A stretch of 64,000 nt of DNA from Camelus dromedarius (lineage: Eukaryota), in the NCBI RefSeq assembly GCF_036321535.1, contig NC_087436.1, positions 70,868,001 to 70,932,000 on the forward strand, written 5' to 3'. Shown here in pieces: positions 1-12,930 of this stretch. Under the pieces are notes generated by a model. That model was not told the origin of the DNA. It searched no databases and saw only the letters and a program-made list of their open reading frames with translations. The position numbers were made by a program, and so were the translations under genes. Position 1 is the stretch's first letter, and each line of letters begins with the position of its first letter.

Positions 1-939
1 TTGTGAACTTGCACTCATAAATACAAACCCTCAAAATAGAATTCAGTGCATTTTTTCCAACAGTGATACACAATAGTCTTCCTTTTGGATTCAGCGCTAT
101 TAAATTGAAGTGCACTAAATAGCCATTTATAGTACTGCAACCTGCTGGGACTTAGATTCTTGAGGGACCAGGGATGATTTTGATCAGTATGACTCCAGTT
201 ACATTTGCTATTAAAAATTGCTTGATCTCTACCATAAAATGCTACATCTACCATGAGATGAGTTCCAATTTCTTGAAGCAGTTAACTAGAAATATAGAAG
301 GTGTTCCTTGGCTTACATTTGTTTCAGAGGGGTATTTATTCAGAAAATACAATCTTCTTTCAAAGCAAAACATGTTGAGTTAGAACACCTTCAGTTTCTC
401 TGGGCAGAGAAAGCACATAGAATATCATATAGCGTATATACAGTAAATTGAATTAAGCTGAAATCATTGTTTTTAGAACTTTGACTCAATAAATTGCTCT
501 GAGGAGTCGTATTTAGCAACAATAAACTTGTTCCGACCACAAAGGTTTTCTTTTCACAAGGCAGATACTACCTAATCAATGCTGTACAACTTGCAGCTGG
601 GAGCAAGAAAGGACCTCTTTAGGAGGTTCCTTTTTTAATTTAAAAAATGTATTTTCTTAGGTATGAGTGAGTCCAGGCTATTTTTGGTGGAAGGCTGCTA
701 ACTTTTTCCTCAATGGTACATATTAAGCCTGAGAAGCAATCAAGGAATGGGGCTCAGTGTGTTGGGAATCAAGGAATGGGGCTCAGCGGATGTGTAATGT
801 TGTGAATCTTAGAAGAACCAGCAGAGATCTAGAAAAACGCAGGGGCTGGCGAGGTTGAGGCTGCCTCCTGTAGTATCTTTGTGAAGGTCACAGGGACAGC
901 GCTGAAGGTCAACACTGTCACATCATGCTCGGCTGCATT

Positions 940-1114
940 TATAGTTTGCATGTATCAATTTATTTTGGTAACAAATCATCATACTTATCATTGTACGAGG
1001 ATATTGTAGCTGATAACAAGCAGGGTGTATCCTAGCTGTCTCCCTAGGAGCTCTGGTTTGGCTTAGGTTAGGCCATCAGATGTCATTCCCGGGGGGTGGG
1101 TTCCAGCTCTAGGT
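940..1114 (-). other. GC: GC exon 13 (non-coding 3'UTR)
   Basis: Pyrimidine tract and CAG acceptor at 1115-1117; sequence resembles the DBP 3'UTR (ctacaatatc...tacaatga...aagtatgatgatttg); AATAAA at 959-964. Confidence 0.88.
959..964 (-). terminator. GC: GC polyadenylation signal AATAAA
   Basis: TTTATT on the + strand, ~20 nt before the expected cleavage site (~940). Confidence 0.85.
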
Positions 1115-3536
1115 CTGGGAGAACAATGGGAAAAATGTTAGAAAAACAGAGCTAACAGGCAATAATCATCGTAGTGCTCAAGAGATGCATCTACAGTCAG
1201 GTTATTATGTATAAAGATAAACCTGTCTAGTAAGACCCGTATATCCACTGTTGCCCACCTGATGGGTCCAGAATAAAATCTAAGAAATTCCCAGGCCCTC
1301 ACTGTTACGCCACAGTACATCATACAGTTTTTTCTTTGAAGTAATGGTGTATATAACTTTATGAACTATGAGTATGAATAATCGTTGTCAGAGCAAAAAA
1401 AGCAACCAATGGCACATGAGGCTCCTCAGTCATGGGACTGGATCATAGTTCAGTAGTTGTTCTTTTAGTAAAACACCAAGTGAAGACATTTTATCAAATC
1501 ACCTTCTGCTTTGTAATGAGGCATACGTGTCTTCCTCTCGTTCATTTTCTTTTCCAAGATGCTACAGCAGAATTGTATCATAATTCTATTTGCACAGTGC
1601 AGGAAATCCTGTGTTTCATTGTCCTCAGTGAGTTTATTCCTTGGAGTGAGGAGGAAATGGGGATGTGTTGGTGCTTTCCTCATTCTCATAGTATGAGTAC
1701 CTAGCTGTGCTGAGTGTGATTCTGGTAGTAGTTCCTGTTTAACCTGATTCTGCCATGTGAGCCAACTGCCAGCCTTCTCTGCTGGCAACCCAAGGAACAC
1801 TATTTCCAAAACTGAAGGAAAAAAAGGTAACTGGCTTTGTGAGATTGACTAAGACAGTAGTTTCCTCTAATGAGGCATGCAAAAGTGGCCGCAGTCAGTT
1901 TCAGGGCTAGAAGAAATTGATCAGGGGGACCAGTAACTGTCAAGATGACAACTCAGATTTCTAAAAAGACTTGCATTAAGAGTGAAATGGTTATCAAACT
2001 GTTGAGTGGAAGACAAGAATTGTTAAGTGTAACTAAGGATGGGAACACCCTGAGACAAAAGCTTCAGTGTCTACAAGTTTTCAAATCTCTCAAGGAGGGA
2101 TAGGCCTTCACTGAAAAGAAATATGTAGTCAGCCAAAGTTAGTTTAATAGTTTGAGGAACTGTTTCATGCTAAAATATTATGCCACTTCGGTCATCTAGA
2201 ATATACCTGTTATAGGAAGAAAACTCATAGGAAAAAATGGGTATATTTAGAGCAATTTTTTTTAGAGCAATTTAAAATATGAAGAAAAGGCTGGTCTACT
2301 GGGAAGAGGGGTGGGACACAAGTGTTCACTATTTATTTGGAATCAAAGTCAAATGCTGGGTTCAGAGCAGCTCCCAGCTGGGACTGTTTTGGGGCAATGT
2401 TACTGATAATTGAATGAATCCAGGGTTCTTCACAGAGCTACAGAATTCTCTCTGCAACCCAAGAACCAAAGTCTCCTGGCTGTGCTCTGGAAACCTAAGA
2501 GAACATTTAGATTGTGACATCATTATGTCTAGATAACAAGTGCCCCAGTCCCACAGCCTTGTGAACAAGGTAAAATCTGCTCTTTCAGACGTAACTGTTC
2601 CTAGTATAACCACCCTCATAATTGCAGATTGTTATTCTAATAAACAGGCAGTGGGTAAATAGAGCTCAAAAAAGTCCATACACATTGTGGAAGCAAATGG
2701 AAGGAATTTGCGAGTGATTTTTAGGGCTTCCTTCCAGTTGATCAAAATGTGTTTGGCCAAATAATTGGGTGATGCAGAAATTGAAGGACTAGTTAAAGGC
2801 CATAGAAGAATATTGACTAATAAGAGAAATACTAAAAAAAGCTTTCATAGAAGATGAAGTTAATGACTAGAACCAGAAGAATCAGTGTATTAGAATCCTC
2901 ATTAATCTGTCACTGAAAAAACTGTTCACCTGTTGACTTAGCCAGCATTAAAAGTGTTTCTGAAAGGTGTTAGGTTAAAAAAACTCTAATCCATCAAATT
3001 AGTGTTACTTCTCCTTTTCTTTTGCATTTGTGCTCCTAGAGACTGAAAGAATATGAATGTACATGAGATACCAAGAAAACACACTGAGTTCCTAGAGAAT
3101 AACATAATCCAGTAAAGACAAACTAAAAGACGAAGTTATTATACAGCTTTCCAAACCCTGATTCTTATGAAAGCTAGAGATGTCTTGAATGGTGGGAGGT
3201 GAGATACCTGTTGGGTGTTGGGATTTTAACTGTATATAGAGATGACATGTGGGCTAAAATAAAGGGAGATTGGATTAATTTAAATGAGGGGAAACGATTA
3301 GTTTAGCAGCAAAGACCGGATACTATTTTTTTTAACTCTAGAATATTTACACTCAAATAACTTGGATTTCCAGTTCTTAATTGAAGTGTAATTGACATAC
3401 TAGTATCAGGTGTGGCTTGGAACCTTTTTCTCCAAAAATTATTCAGTGAACTTACTTTCTCCTTAGGACATAATATTCATATGCCAAAGCACAAGAATGT
3501 ATAGTCAGGGAAACTTGTTTTAGTTCAGATTCAGAT

Positions 3537-3976
3537 TGTTGAGGAAGACTGTTGCTGCCATTTCAGTGAACAACAATGTTGCCTGCCCTCCATCCATCAG
3601 CCACTGCATCTGTCCTGATGGTGCCCCCTGAGAGGATTTCAGGAGGGAGGAAAACGGGAAACTTTTGGAGCTCTGGTTCCTGGCTCTTGGCCCTAGACAG
3701 TTAAGATGCATATCTAAGGAATAATTTCAGTGAGCTCAGACTCTAGCATCTTCCCATACAAAGAAAAGTACTAAATTCATTAACTTGAGATGTCTGTTCT
3801 TTGTGATTAGCAGTAAGCTTTGATGTTCAACTACATGCTTGTTTTCAGCAAAAAACTCATATTGTGGCTCCTCCTTTTCCTCTTTGGAGTAGTCCCTCAG
3901 AGCTATAGTCCTTAGTAAGTCCCCAAGTAAAACCTAACTTGCAACTTTCAGGGTGAATGTTTTTCTTCAGTTGACA
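3537..3976 (+). mobile_element. ERV1-type solo LTR (artiodactyl-like) in GC intron 12
   Basis: Starts TG and ends ...gcaactttcagggtgaatgtttttcttcagttgaCA, typical of ungulate ERV1 LTR 3' ends; no clear TSD. Confidence 0.55.
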
Positions 3977-4029
3977 GTTGTATCAGTGGTATAAGCAGCG
4001 GTGGGAACAGCTTTGCTAGTATTACTGCT

Positions 4030-4250
4030 ACTATTCTCTAGCAATTTTATATATGTCGTCATTTCACCCGATTGTTGTGACAGTGCTGACAGGTAGAGAC
4101 TACAATGTTCTTCTTACAGAAAAGGGAACTGAGCTTTAGGGAGTATAAATAACTTGCTCAAGTTTACAAAGACAGATAGGAGAGCAGACTAATCCAGACT
4201 GGGTGATTTCCAAAATCGAGCTTCCTTGATCATCCCCATCGTACCGCCTC
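4030..4250 (-). mobile_element. MIR SINE
   Basis: Core-like cttacagaaaagggaactgagctttagggagtataaataacttgctcaagtttaca. Confidence 0.6.
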
Positions 4251-4543
4251 TCAGAAAAATAATGTTAATTTTCTTCTTACTGTTTCTAGTGATTCAAATA
4301 TTTGATAGTCGGAAGCTTGAATTTCATTAGTCAATAGCTTTTGCTTTCATATCATTTTAGGAAAAGCCATCAGTAAAATTAAAATTTTATATCATTGAAA
4401 AGCCTCAGTTCAATTAAGATCTGAGATAAACCAAAACCATTGTGGGTTTTTTTAATCATATTTTAAATCTCAGAAGCAATATCTTTAAAATGAATACAAT
4501 TAAATCTGGAGAGAAAATATTTTTGTAGGAATATGAAGAGTTA

Positions 4544-4690
4544 GGGGGAGGGCATAGCTCAGTGGTAGAGCTCATGCTTAGCATGTATGAGGTCCTGGGT
4601 TCAATCCCCAGTACCTCTCTTAAAAAAATAAACCTGATTACCTCCCCCTAAAAAAACACACAAAAATGTAATAAAGCAACAAAAATTTTT
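4544..4690 (+). mobile_element. tRNA-Ala-derived camelid SINE (Vic-1-like)
   Basis: GGGGAGGGCATAGCTCAGTGGTAGAG (A box)...GGTTCAATCCC (B box), followed by an A-rich tail. Confidence 0.88.
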
Positions 4691-5219
4691 TGAAAGATTA
4701 AAAACAGTAACAATAAAATTCTGTATAAATTATTTTATACTCAATATCTACATCAGGCATTTTTTTCATGGGTAAAAAAGAAGCAAGTGATAATATTTCA
4801 ACAGTGTTGCTTTAATTCTCTTTTCTCCTGAGAACCCTGCTGTGTTATCTTTAAGGCTTTATGGACTTTGTCTTTAAACTCAGTTTTTTTTTTCCCTACT
4901 GAATGCATTAAAATCCCTGAAATGACCTCTGCACTGTCATTATCTTAGATGTGAGGTTATGACGGATATAGTATCAGGCTGGGGACCTGGATTCTAGTCC
5001 TAAATAGGTCAGAAATTGGCTGTATATTCTTGTGTAAGCTCCTTGACTTTTCCATATGCTTAATATTCTCATCTCTAAGATGAGTTTGACTAGATAATAG
5101 AATAATTTGAACAAATAGCCTCCTTCCCATTTATGATTTAAAAAATACTTTGTACAAAGCTAGATTCTTTGCTGCATTTAAAAACTATACTTACCTAAGG
5201 CGATATACATGCATCAGGA

Positions 5220-5246
5220 CTATAGAGTATTCATTTCAGCATCAAT
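5220..5246 (-). CDS. GC: GC exon 12 coding part: IDAEMNTL* (the exon continues as 3'UTR to 5195)
   Basis: CAG acceptor at 5247-5249; TAG at 5222-5220; donor GTAAGT at 5194. Confidence 0.95.
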   Translation of the reverse strand: MDAEMNTL

Positions 5247-5399
5247 CTGAAATGAAAAAGTTATTTAAATCATGAACTATTTTCTTTGTAGACTAATAGA
5301 TCCTGCAGAAGGTATAAAAAATTTTTTGAACCTTGCTTAGAGGAAAAGCTTCTTGTCAACATGTAGTCTCATATTGAACTTTATATTGACCACCCTGCA

Positions 5400-6700
5400 C
5401 ATTTATTGTTTTATACTGTCCCTGCCCTTGAGTTTATGGTTGTCCAGGAAAAACAGACAAGGAAAAAATGACAAAGTTAATAAGTGCCAATTATTGGGTG
5501 TGCACAGAATGTTAAGGAATAACAGATGGGGTTGAGTGCCAGGGAAGGAATCTCAGACAAGGTGATGTCAACATTGAATCCTGAAGCTTGATGAAAGGTT
5601 TAGCCAGGTTATAGAGCACAAATAGGGCAACCTGGGATGAGTCATTATGTGCAAAAGCCTTGAGGTAAGAGCAAGGTTAATAGACTTGAAAAACTGTGGG
5701 TGGTTCAGGAGAACCAAAGCAGTAAGAGCAAGAAGTAATGATCAGGTTGGAGAGCAAACCCAGGGTCCAAATTCTTCTGATTAAAAAAAAAAAAAATTGG
5801 ACTTCAATTTAGAAGCAGTGGAGGCCAATTAGAATGTATTAACCATTTTGTGCTTTACAAAGGTTATTTTGACCACAGGATAGAGATGGGACTGGGTGTG
5901 AGGCATTGGGGAAAGCTGGAAATGGGAGACCAACTGGGTTGTAATCCAGGTTAACTATTGCCTAAATTTAATTACTGACAATGTAGAAGAAGATATCTGC
6001 TGATAGAGATAAAGGAGTTAGAATTGAGAGGGTTTGGAATTTAGTTGAGTGTATATAGAAAAGAAGAAGAAATCAAAGATCACTGCTTCCATTTGGGATA
6101 ATAGGTGAATGGTGATGACATTTATAAATTTAGGAAATAAAACGGGAGGTTTTAAGGGGAAAACACTGGGCATGTTGAGGTCAAATTTCTTGTGGGACAA
6201 GAGAGCCCATGGATAATGGGATACAAGTCTTGGTGCTGAGGGGAGAGATCCTGGCTGGAGGTAGAGATTTGAAGATTAAACGCATGTCTGTGGATTCTTG
6301 AGAACACTCGGGGAAAATGTTATGTCTTGGAAAGTGAAGATCAAAGGAAAAAACTCTGGACAGTGTAGAAATTTAATGGATAGGTAGAAGAAGACAATAT
6401 TAAAGAGAATGGAGAAGGAGAGAATCATAGAAGGACAAAAGGTAGACTATGATAGTACAGATGTTGAAAAATTCTTTCAAGGAGAAAGAATTTTGGGTAT
6501 CAAATGTTTTATAGAGAAGGCTGGTAAGATAAGGACTGAAAAATGTTTATTAGTGTTAGCAAGAAGATTTCAGTGTGACTTTGTCATTGGTAGTTTGGTA
6601 CCATCTGAAGCCATACTGCAAAGGGTAGGGGAATTAACAGGAGGTGTGAAGAATGAGTTATGTACTATTTTCTCAAGAATCTTGGCTGTAAGGTGAGGAG
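5400..6700 (-). mobile_element. L2 LINE fragment
   Basis: Purine-rich degenerate sequence with L2 hallmark phrases (gtgcaaaagccttgaggtaaga, gggcatgttgagg, ggctggaggtagagatttg). Confidence 0.65.
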
Positions 6701-7348
6701 AAGGAAAAATAACCAGGCAGTAGTGTCTAAAGTACCTTATTTTCTTAAGATCAGGAGATAAGTAACTTTAAATTAGACAGAACTATTTAAAAGAAAAAGT
6801 ATAACTAATGAAGGAAGATTCCAAGGAAGTGGGATGAATTGAGTTCAGATTGATACTACTGACCTGGTATCATTTTTGCTATTTTAATAACAATTTTGGA
6901 TATTCAATCAAGAATTACAGTCTTCTGGTATCAGTAATTTGCTTTTATCATTATTAGCTAAATTAGAGTCAAAGTCTATGACAATGACATGTAGTGATAG
7001 TAACAGACTCATATGAAATCGATTTAGGATTTTCCTAACATACAACCCCTGCACATTTCATTCAAGCCACTCACAAGAGGGGAATTAAAATGGTACCTAA
7101 CATTTAGAATTGTTCTCAACCATTTCATGAATACATATATATAAGGCTATTAATATTCTTTACAAGTAGTAATAGCTTAATAAATTCTAGCTATGACATT
7201 GAGAATCATAAAATTTACTTATACTGGGAGACCTAACCAAGTTTTTTTCCTTAAGTATGAGAGAGAAGGGGGAGGGGGAAAGGGAGGAAGAGTCCATCTC
7301 CTCTTTGCCCTGCTTCTCTTGGCTCTTGGCATTTGAGTGTTTTTGAGT

Positions 7349-7434
7349 TTTTTTTAATTAAAATATAGTCAATTACAGTGTGTCAGTTTCCTGGTGTACA
7401 GCACAATGCCCCAGTCAAGCATATGTACACATAC
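7349..7434 (-). mobile_element. Short L1 3'-end fragment
   Basis: T-tract followed by aatatagtcaattacagtgtgtcagtttcctggtgtacagcac, a motif shared with other copies in the window. Confidence 0.7.
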
Positions 7435-10198
7435 TGTTTTTTAAATTTTAATCATCAACTCCAGCATATAACAGTGGCTTTCTGAAACGTTTGGGTAAAT
7501 CCTAATTGATGCCCACTAGCACTCTGTTCGACGTCTTAGGGACAGCATAGTGATGAGTTTTCAGAAGAATGAATAGGGCTGCCCTGTCTGAATGATAGAG
7601 AGGAAAAAAAAAGTCTAATTTTGCAACTGTAAGTTTTTCTGCAGTTAGTGGGCCCCTTTGGAATAATAAAAAAAAAAAATGAACCAGTGTTGAGGGACAT
7701 GGGAAAGTCAAAAGAAAATTACACTAATTGTTCTACTTCCTGGTCATCTCAAGGTAAGGGTTTGGATAGCTGGGGTAGATTGCCACATGAGGAAACACTC
7801 ATCTAGTGCAGTTCAGAGAACCCTTCTGTGTCTCTTTTAGCAACGGTGCCAAGTCTGTGAAGAAGGGCAGACAGAGGGATTCCAGGATATAAATGACTCA
7901 GGGTGAATGCAGTGGATGGGCATTACTTTTATGGAACAAAATTGTCAAGCAAATATAGGACAAGGAGATTTAATAATAAATTATAACCCAAATTATAGGG
8001 TAAATGGAACAAATATTTACACTAAGCATTGAGAATTAAAGTGAAAGCTGTTTTAACAGATTTTGCTCTCACCTGAAATCAGAAAGCACAGGTGAGCTCG
8101 CTTACCTCACTATGAGATTAATGCAGAAAGATGATCAAAAAGGCTAAAGAACAGCAGAGGGTCTACCCTCTGAGGGCTCTAAATAATTCAGTGTTCATGG
8201 GTATCTCAACTCCATTCATCTCTCTTTAGCAATTACTGAAAGTTTGGCTGCTCAGGAGCAGCACTGCTATAAATTTACTGGTTATAAAGCAAGAAAATAG
8301 AATATTACAAAACTGCCTTCTCATCCTTGTTGAAAATAAAGTTTGAAAATGGCATGTTATAATGACAAATATACTGAAAAGCAAATAAAGGAAATGAAAA
8401 GCAAGACACTTGAAGGAAGCATGTTTTTTCATGCATAAAGCTCAGTTTGTCTTGCAAAAGGTCAAAGAAGAAAGTATGTATGTAGGTGAACAGATAAAAG
8501 GACTGGGGCAGATTACAAAAGTGGTATTTTTGACAATGTAAAAAAGTATTTAGGATTTTTTCCCCCTTAATGACTGAATGAGACCCTCAGAGCAAATTCT
8601 GCTGGTAGCAAATGCCTTCTAGGTAAGGTGATTTTCCCCCCCTCCTGGGAAAAGCGACCTAAATTCAGCTATTGTATTACCAAAAGCCAGCTGGAAGAAA
8701 AGGAAGAAGCTGCTTAGTTTAGTTGCTTTAGGCAAACGTTTTAATGCCCGATAATGACCAATTTATCCTAACAATCCAAGTCTTTCCATTCTTTGTTTAG
8801 AATCTTGTTTTGAATTTTAGTGAAAAAGGAACATGATCTATTTCCCAGCAGAATTTAAAGAATAAGCTTTTATTCTACTGGACTCTTTTCATCTGGAATT
8901 CTGACTTTACAAATTGTTACAAACAAGATTGGCAACTAAGTCTGGGACTGGGGTATATATGTAGAAATTGGAGGAGAAATCAGAATCTCCAAGGGTATAA
9001 AGAAGAAAAACAAGCCAAATGAAGTAGCTCAATGTGTTCGACTGATTTAAGACTTTGTTAGTTACTAGATGGTAAAAAAAAAAAAACCAAAACTTCACTA
9101 AACTGTTAAGAGAATTGGTGTGCATGACACACAAACAAGTCTTCACACCTAACTTTTAAAAAAACCACTTCACATATAAAAGAGCCTCTATTGAGAACAG
9201 AGAAAAGACATTTTCTGGTTGGTTAAAGAAAGCCAGGCTAGACTCAGTAGAAACTATGAGGGGAATATCATGATACAATTTACAGAAAAATGTGCTCCCA
9301 AGTGCAGGCATCCAGCAGGGCAGTGAAAGGGGCTTCCTCTGGGAGAAAATAAATTGACTATAGGTATTTAAATGGGGGCTGACTGACCTTTGGAAGGACT
9401 TAACTGAGTGAAAAATTACACTAAGTGACCTTTATGGTTTCTACCAGTGCAAACTCTTGTGATTTTTATTAAGTTCTTGGATATTTTCAAGTGGGCTCTA
9501 ATAGAATAATACTAGAAATAGAATATAAAAATAATCAAATGATAATATGAAACCAGGCTTTGTTGCTTTTATGGGTAACTGGACAAAAAATTATATAAAT
9601 TCTTGAAAAAAAGTCCTTTACCTTATTGAAAAGAACTTCTAATTGGCATTAAATCACCAGGTAGGCAGTATCAACTTTAACACTGTAACTGAATTATTTT
9701 TATAGAGACATAAAAATGATGGGTCAAAAATGGATCATAAATGCTTCTTTCCCAACATATGACAAAATGAGCAATAGTAAAATCCAGTCAAAAAGGAATA
9801 CACCTTAATATCATGCCCTTTAGAAAGAGATGAGCAAAGGAAGAAACTGTTTTGGTTTGGCATAGACATGTGATTAACCTAGTCTCCATGTTCTGGAAAT
9901 AGAATGTGTGAGACATCAGAGTTCTTGGAATTGTCACTAATATCTCCAAATCAGCCATGAAGGGAAATGAAGTGTGGTCCTTATCATTTTTGACTCTTTT
10001 AAATAGATGAAATGACTGCTGGAGTCTAATGGGGCAGGTGAAGCCTGTGGACAAAATGCATACTGCATCTGGAAAGGCCAATGAAACTGGCCCATGGGAT
10101 GGAACAGGCATTTAGTTCAGTAACAAAGAAATGAGTAAATCTGACTGTATAAGTTCTCAATACTATGCGGTCATCGGCAGAGGGTTAAATCTGCTTAC

Positions 10199-10331
10199 CT
10201 CTGAATCGCAGTAGAGAGGAGGTGAGTTGATGGAACAGCACTTGGAGGCAAAGTCTGAGCGCTTGTCAACCAGCTCTTTGAGTTCCATGGCTGTGGCATC
10301 AGGCAGTTTTCCTCTTAATCGCTCTGCCAGT
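10199..10331 (-). CDS. GC: GC exon 11: LAERLRGKLPDATAMELKELVDKRSDFASKCCSINSPPLYCDSE
   Basis: 133 nt; CAG acceptor, GTAAGC donor. Confidence 0.97.
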
Positions 10332-12252
10332 CTGAAAGGCCAATTTTACATAGGGTTTTACTGGATGTATTTGATAAACATGTCTAGTGCAAAGTGATAG
10401 CCACTTCAGGTTTTTTACAACAAAAAAATCAAAATAAAAATTGCCCTTAAGAAAATTTTCCATCAGTGACATGGTTTTTAGTGCCTCAATTCAAGCTTAG
10501 AAAGTGAAATTTGTCTCTTTAGATGATGAAAGTAAACGTACAAACTGCTGCTGAATTTGAATTCCAGCCTTTCCCCCTTCATTCGCTCCATTACAGCCAT
10601 CAACGTGGATGACTTCCTCTTCTCTCCTCCCTGACTTTCATTTTCTCTCCAGTTCTAGATTTCAAACTCCTCAAAGAGTATTTCCTGTATAGGGCTTTGT
10701 CACCTTAATGCATGTTCTCTTCTCTCATATTTTAGGCAATTTCCCTGTCAGTTTCAGCCTACTTCTCAACTAGCTATGCTGGAAAACACAAACAAGGTCA
10801 GAAGCTTTGGCTCCTGTTTTTGGCTCTACTATTATCTAATTCTCCACCTCAGTTCCAAGATAGTGCTTGGATTTGCATTCTGTTGATTCTCTCCCAGTTC
10901 GAGTGGTCTATGAGCTTGGTAACTCTCTACCCTCATAACAGATAGCTCAGCCTGGTTTTATGACGTTCTCCAAGAAATTTGCCAACCTGGTGGTGTGGGC
11001 AAAGGGAGGTGATGGAGACCCAGATTTAGAGATGGGATTAGTAAGGTGGACGCTGGGTAAGGACAAGAGGGTGAGGGGGACTAACTCGCTTGTAAAAACA
11101 TGATTGAAACGAGTCCATCCCAGCTGGGAGGGGGAGAAGTTAAACCAGGAGGAACCCAGAGGACAGGGAGAAAAAGGGTGTGTGTGGGATTTCAAATACC
11201 TGGACTCAGTAGTCTCAATCCTCTATAATTTCACAACCCACAGTGTCAGTAGATTTTTTTTGTGTTTATTAAGATGATATAAATTGTCACTCAGTTGTTC
11301 CAGTCAGTCCGGGAGTTCAAAGTTGTTGGCAGAGAACTTGATCTTGCAGTATCTGTTTAACATGATTCTATTCTACCTCCATAATCTGTTAACTATAGGA
11401 TTTCCTGGTCACTGGGAAATAACCATTCTGAACTTAAGTCTTTCACAGTATTTTTCATTTAGAGCTTTGATAAGGTAGGCTTCATGAGGGTCACTGAAGA
11501 AAGTTTCCTACCTTAGGGATTCTTTAGAAAAGTCTTTTTGTGGAGGTCTGTTTGTGCTTACCTGACCTATGTTGTTCAAGACGATTTGAAATGGATCTAA
11601 GAAATTTAGTTAATGAAGTTGGGAATGACATGGGTCTTCTCAACAGAGATGTTTTCCAGGAAGCCTGTAAAACTTTTCATTATTATGATCTATTATTTTA
11701 GTGTTAAACACCTATTTATAAAAAATGCTTTCTTTGATTTGAGAAAAATTACTATTGTACAACTTTACTAACATTTCTATTTCCAGTTTATGGAGAATAC
11801 ATACTAGTGATGGGTGATACTCTACTTGATTGAAAGTTTGAGTTATCTTGTCCGATAATATGCCACGAAGTTAGATAACATTTTCCAGTAGTTCTATTTC
11901 TCAATTCTGTATAGTGACATCTACAGATAGCTTTATGGCAAAAATGTTGATTGAATATGAGATAACTTAAATTTTATCTTTTTTGAATCAAGTCCCTGTG
12001 GCTCTGGTAATTTATAATTTTGTGGCTGTATTCTAATTGACCTCTCAGCTGATACACATGACAATTTTCCTCCAAAAAGAACTCAGTTTTTTCTTACACA
12101 GATACTAGGTTGACTATTCTTTAAAACTCTTAACTGCACCTATTTTTATTGCTCACTAAACACATCTTAAGTCTTCAGCTATGCTTCAAATCACAGTACT
12201 GGACTGCTATTATTGATAAATTTGGAGGAAACAGCCAGAACAAGCCCCTTAC

Positions 12253-12350
12253 TTTTTCTTGTACTCAGTAAATGTGTTTTCTGAATAATCGGCACATAGT
12301 TCCTGCCCCTTTGCAATGAAAGAAGATAGTTCCTTCTTCAACTGAGGGCC
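12253..12350 (-). CDS. GC: GC exon 10: GPQLKKELSSFIAKGQELCADYSENTFTEYKK(K) (actin-binding region)
   Basis: 98 nt; CAG acceptor, GTAAGG donor. Confidence 0.97.
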
Positions 12351-12468
12351 CTGTAAGAAAATAATAATTACATGACAATTATTTTTCTTGAAACACTGTT
12401 CAGGGAGATTTCAGTTAAATCAGAATTCCATGCAATGTATCAGTATGAGTGTTTATTATTCTTTACAT

Positions 12469-12759
12469 CAGATCATGGCTAACATTTTCTACACAAGACC
12501 AGATAGTAAATATCTGAGGCTTTGTAAGCCATATACAGTCTGCCGTAATGACTTAACTGCCAATATGACACAAAAGCGGCCGTAAACCGTGGATGTGGCT
12601 GTGTTCCAATGAAACTTGATGAACACTGAAGTTGGAGTTCTATATAATTTTCATGTCTAATGAAATATTATTTTTAGACCACTTAAAAATATAAGACCAT
12701 TCTTAGATCACAGCCACCAGGCCAGATGTGGCCCACGAGCTGCAGTTTGCCAACCCTTG
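12469..12759. mobile_element. MER58-like hAT DNA transposon in GC intron 9
   Basis: ccagatagtaaatat...ggatgtggctgtgttccaat...ggccagatgtggcccacgagctgcagtttgccaaccc. Confidence 0.75.
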
Positions 12760-12800
12760 ATCTCTGCCGAGGCTGGTGAGGACAATGTAGCAAATCGTAC

Positions 12801-12930
12801 CTTCTCATGTAAACAGGCAGTAGACTCTCCAGAGTTGCAGCATTCAGCCAGGCCTCTCAGGGTTGGCTCAAGGATTTTACTGAGGAACACTTCTGGAATG
12901 TGGGTCTTCCTGCTTAGTTCAAATGCATAC
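12801..12930 (-). CDS. GC: GC exon 9: YAFELSRKTHIPEVFLSKILEPTLRGLAECCNSGESTACLHEK
   Basis: 130 nt; CAG acceptor, GTACGA donor; lies within ORF 12708..13010. Confidence 0.97.

Noticed and set aside
1432..1809. 90-aa and 114-aa ORFs in intron 12
   Set aside because: No homology recognised; the length is compatible with chance.
4544..4616. tRNA-Ala-like gene
   Set aside because: It is followed by a SINE body and A-rich tail and recurs at 16329-16492 with a TSD, so it is a SINE head and not a tRNA gene.
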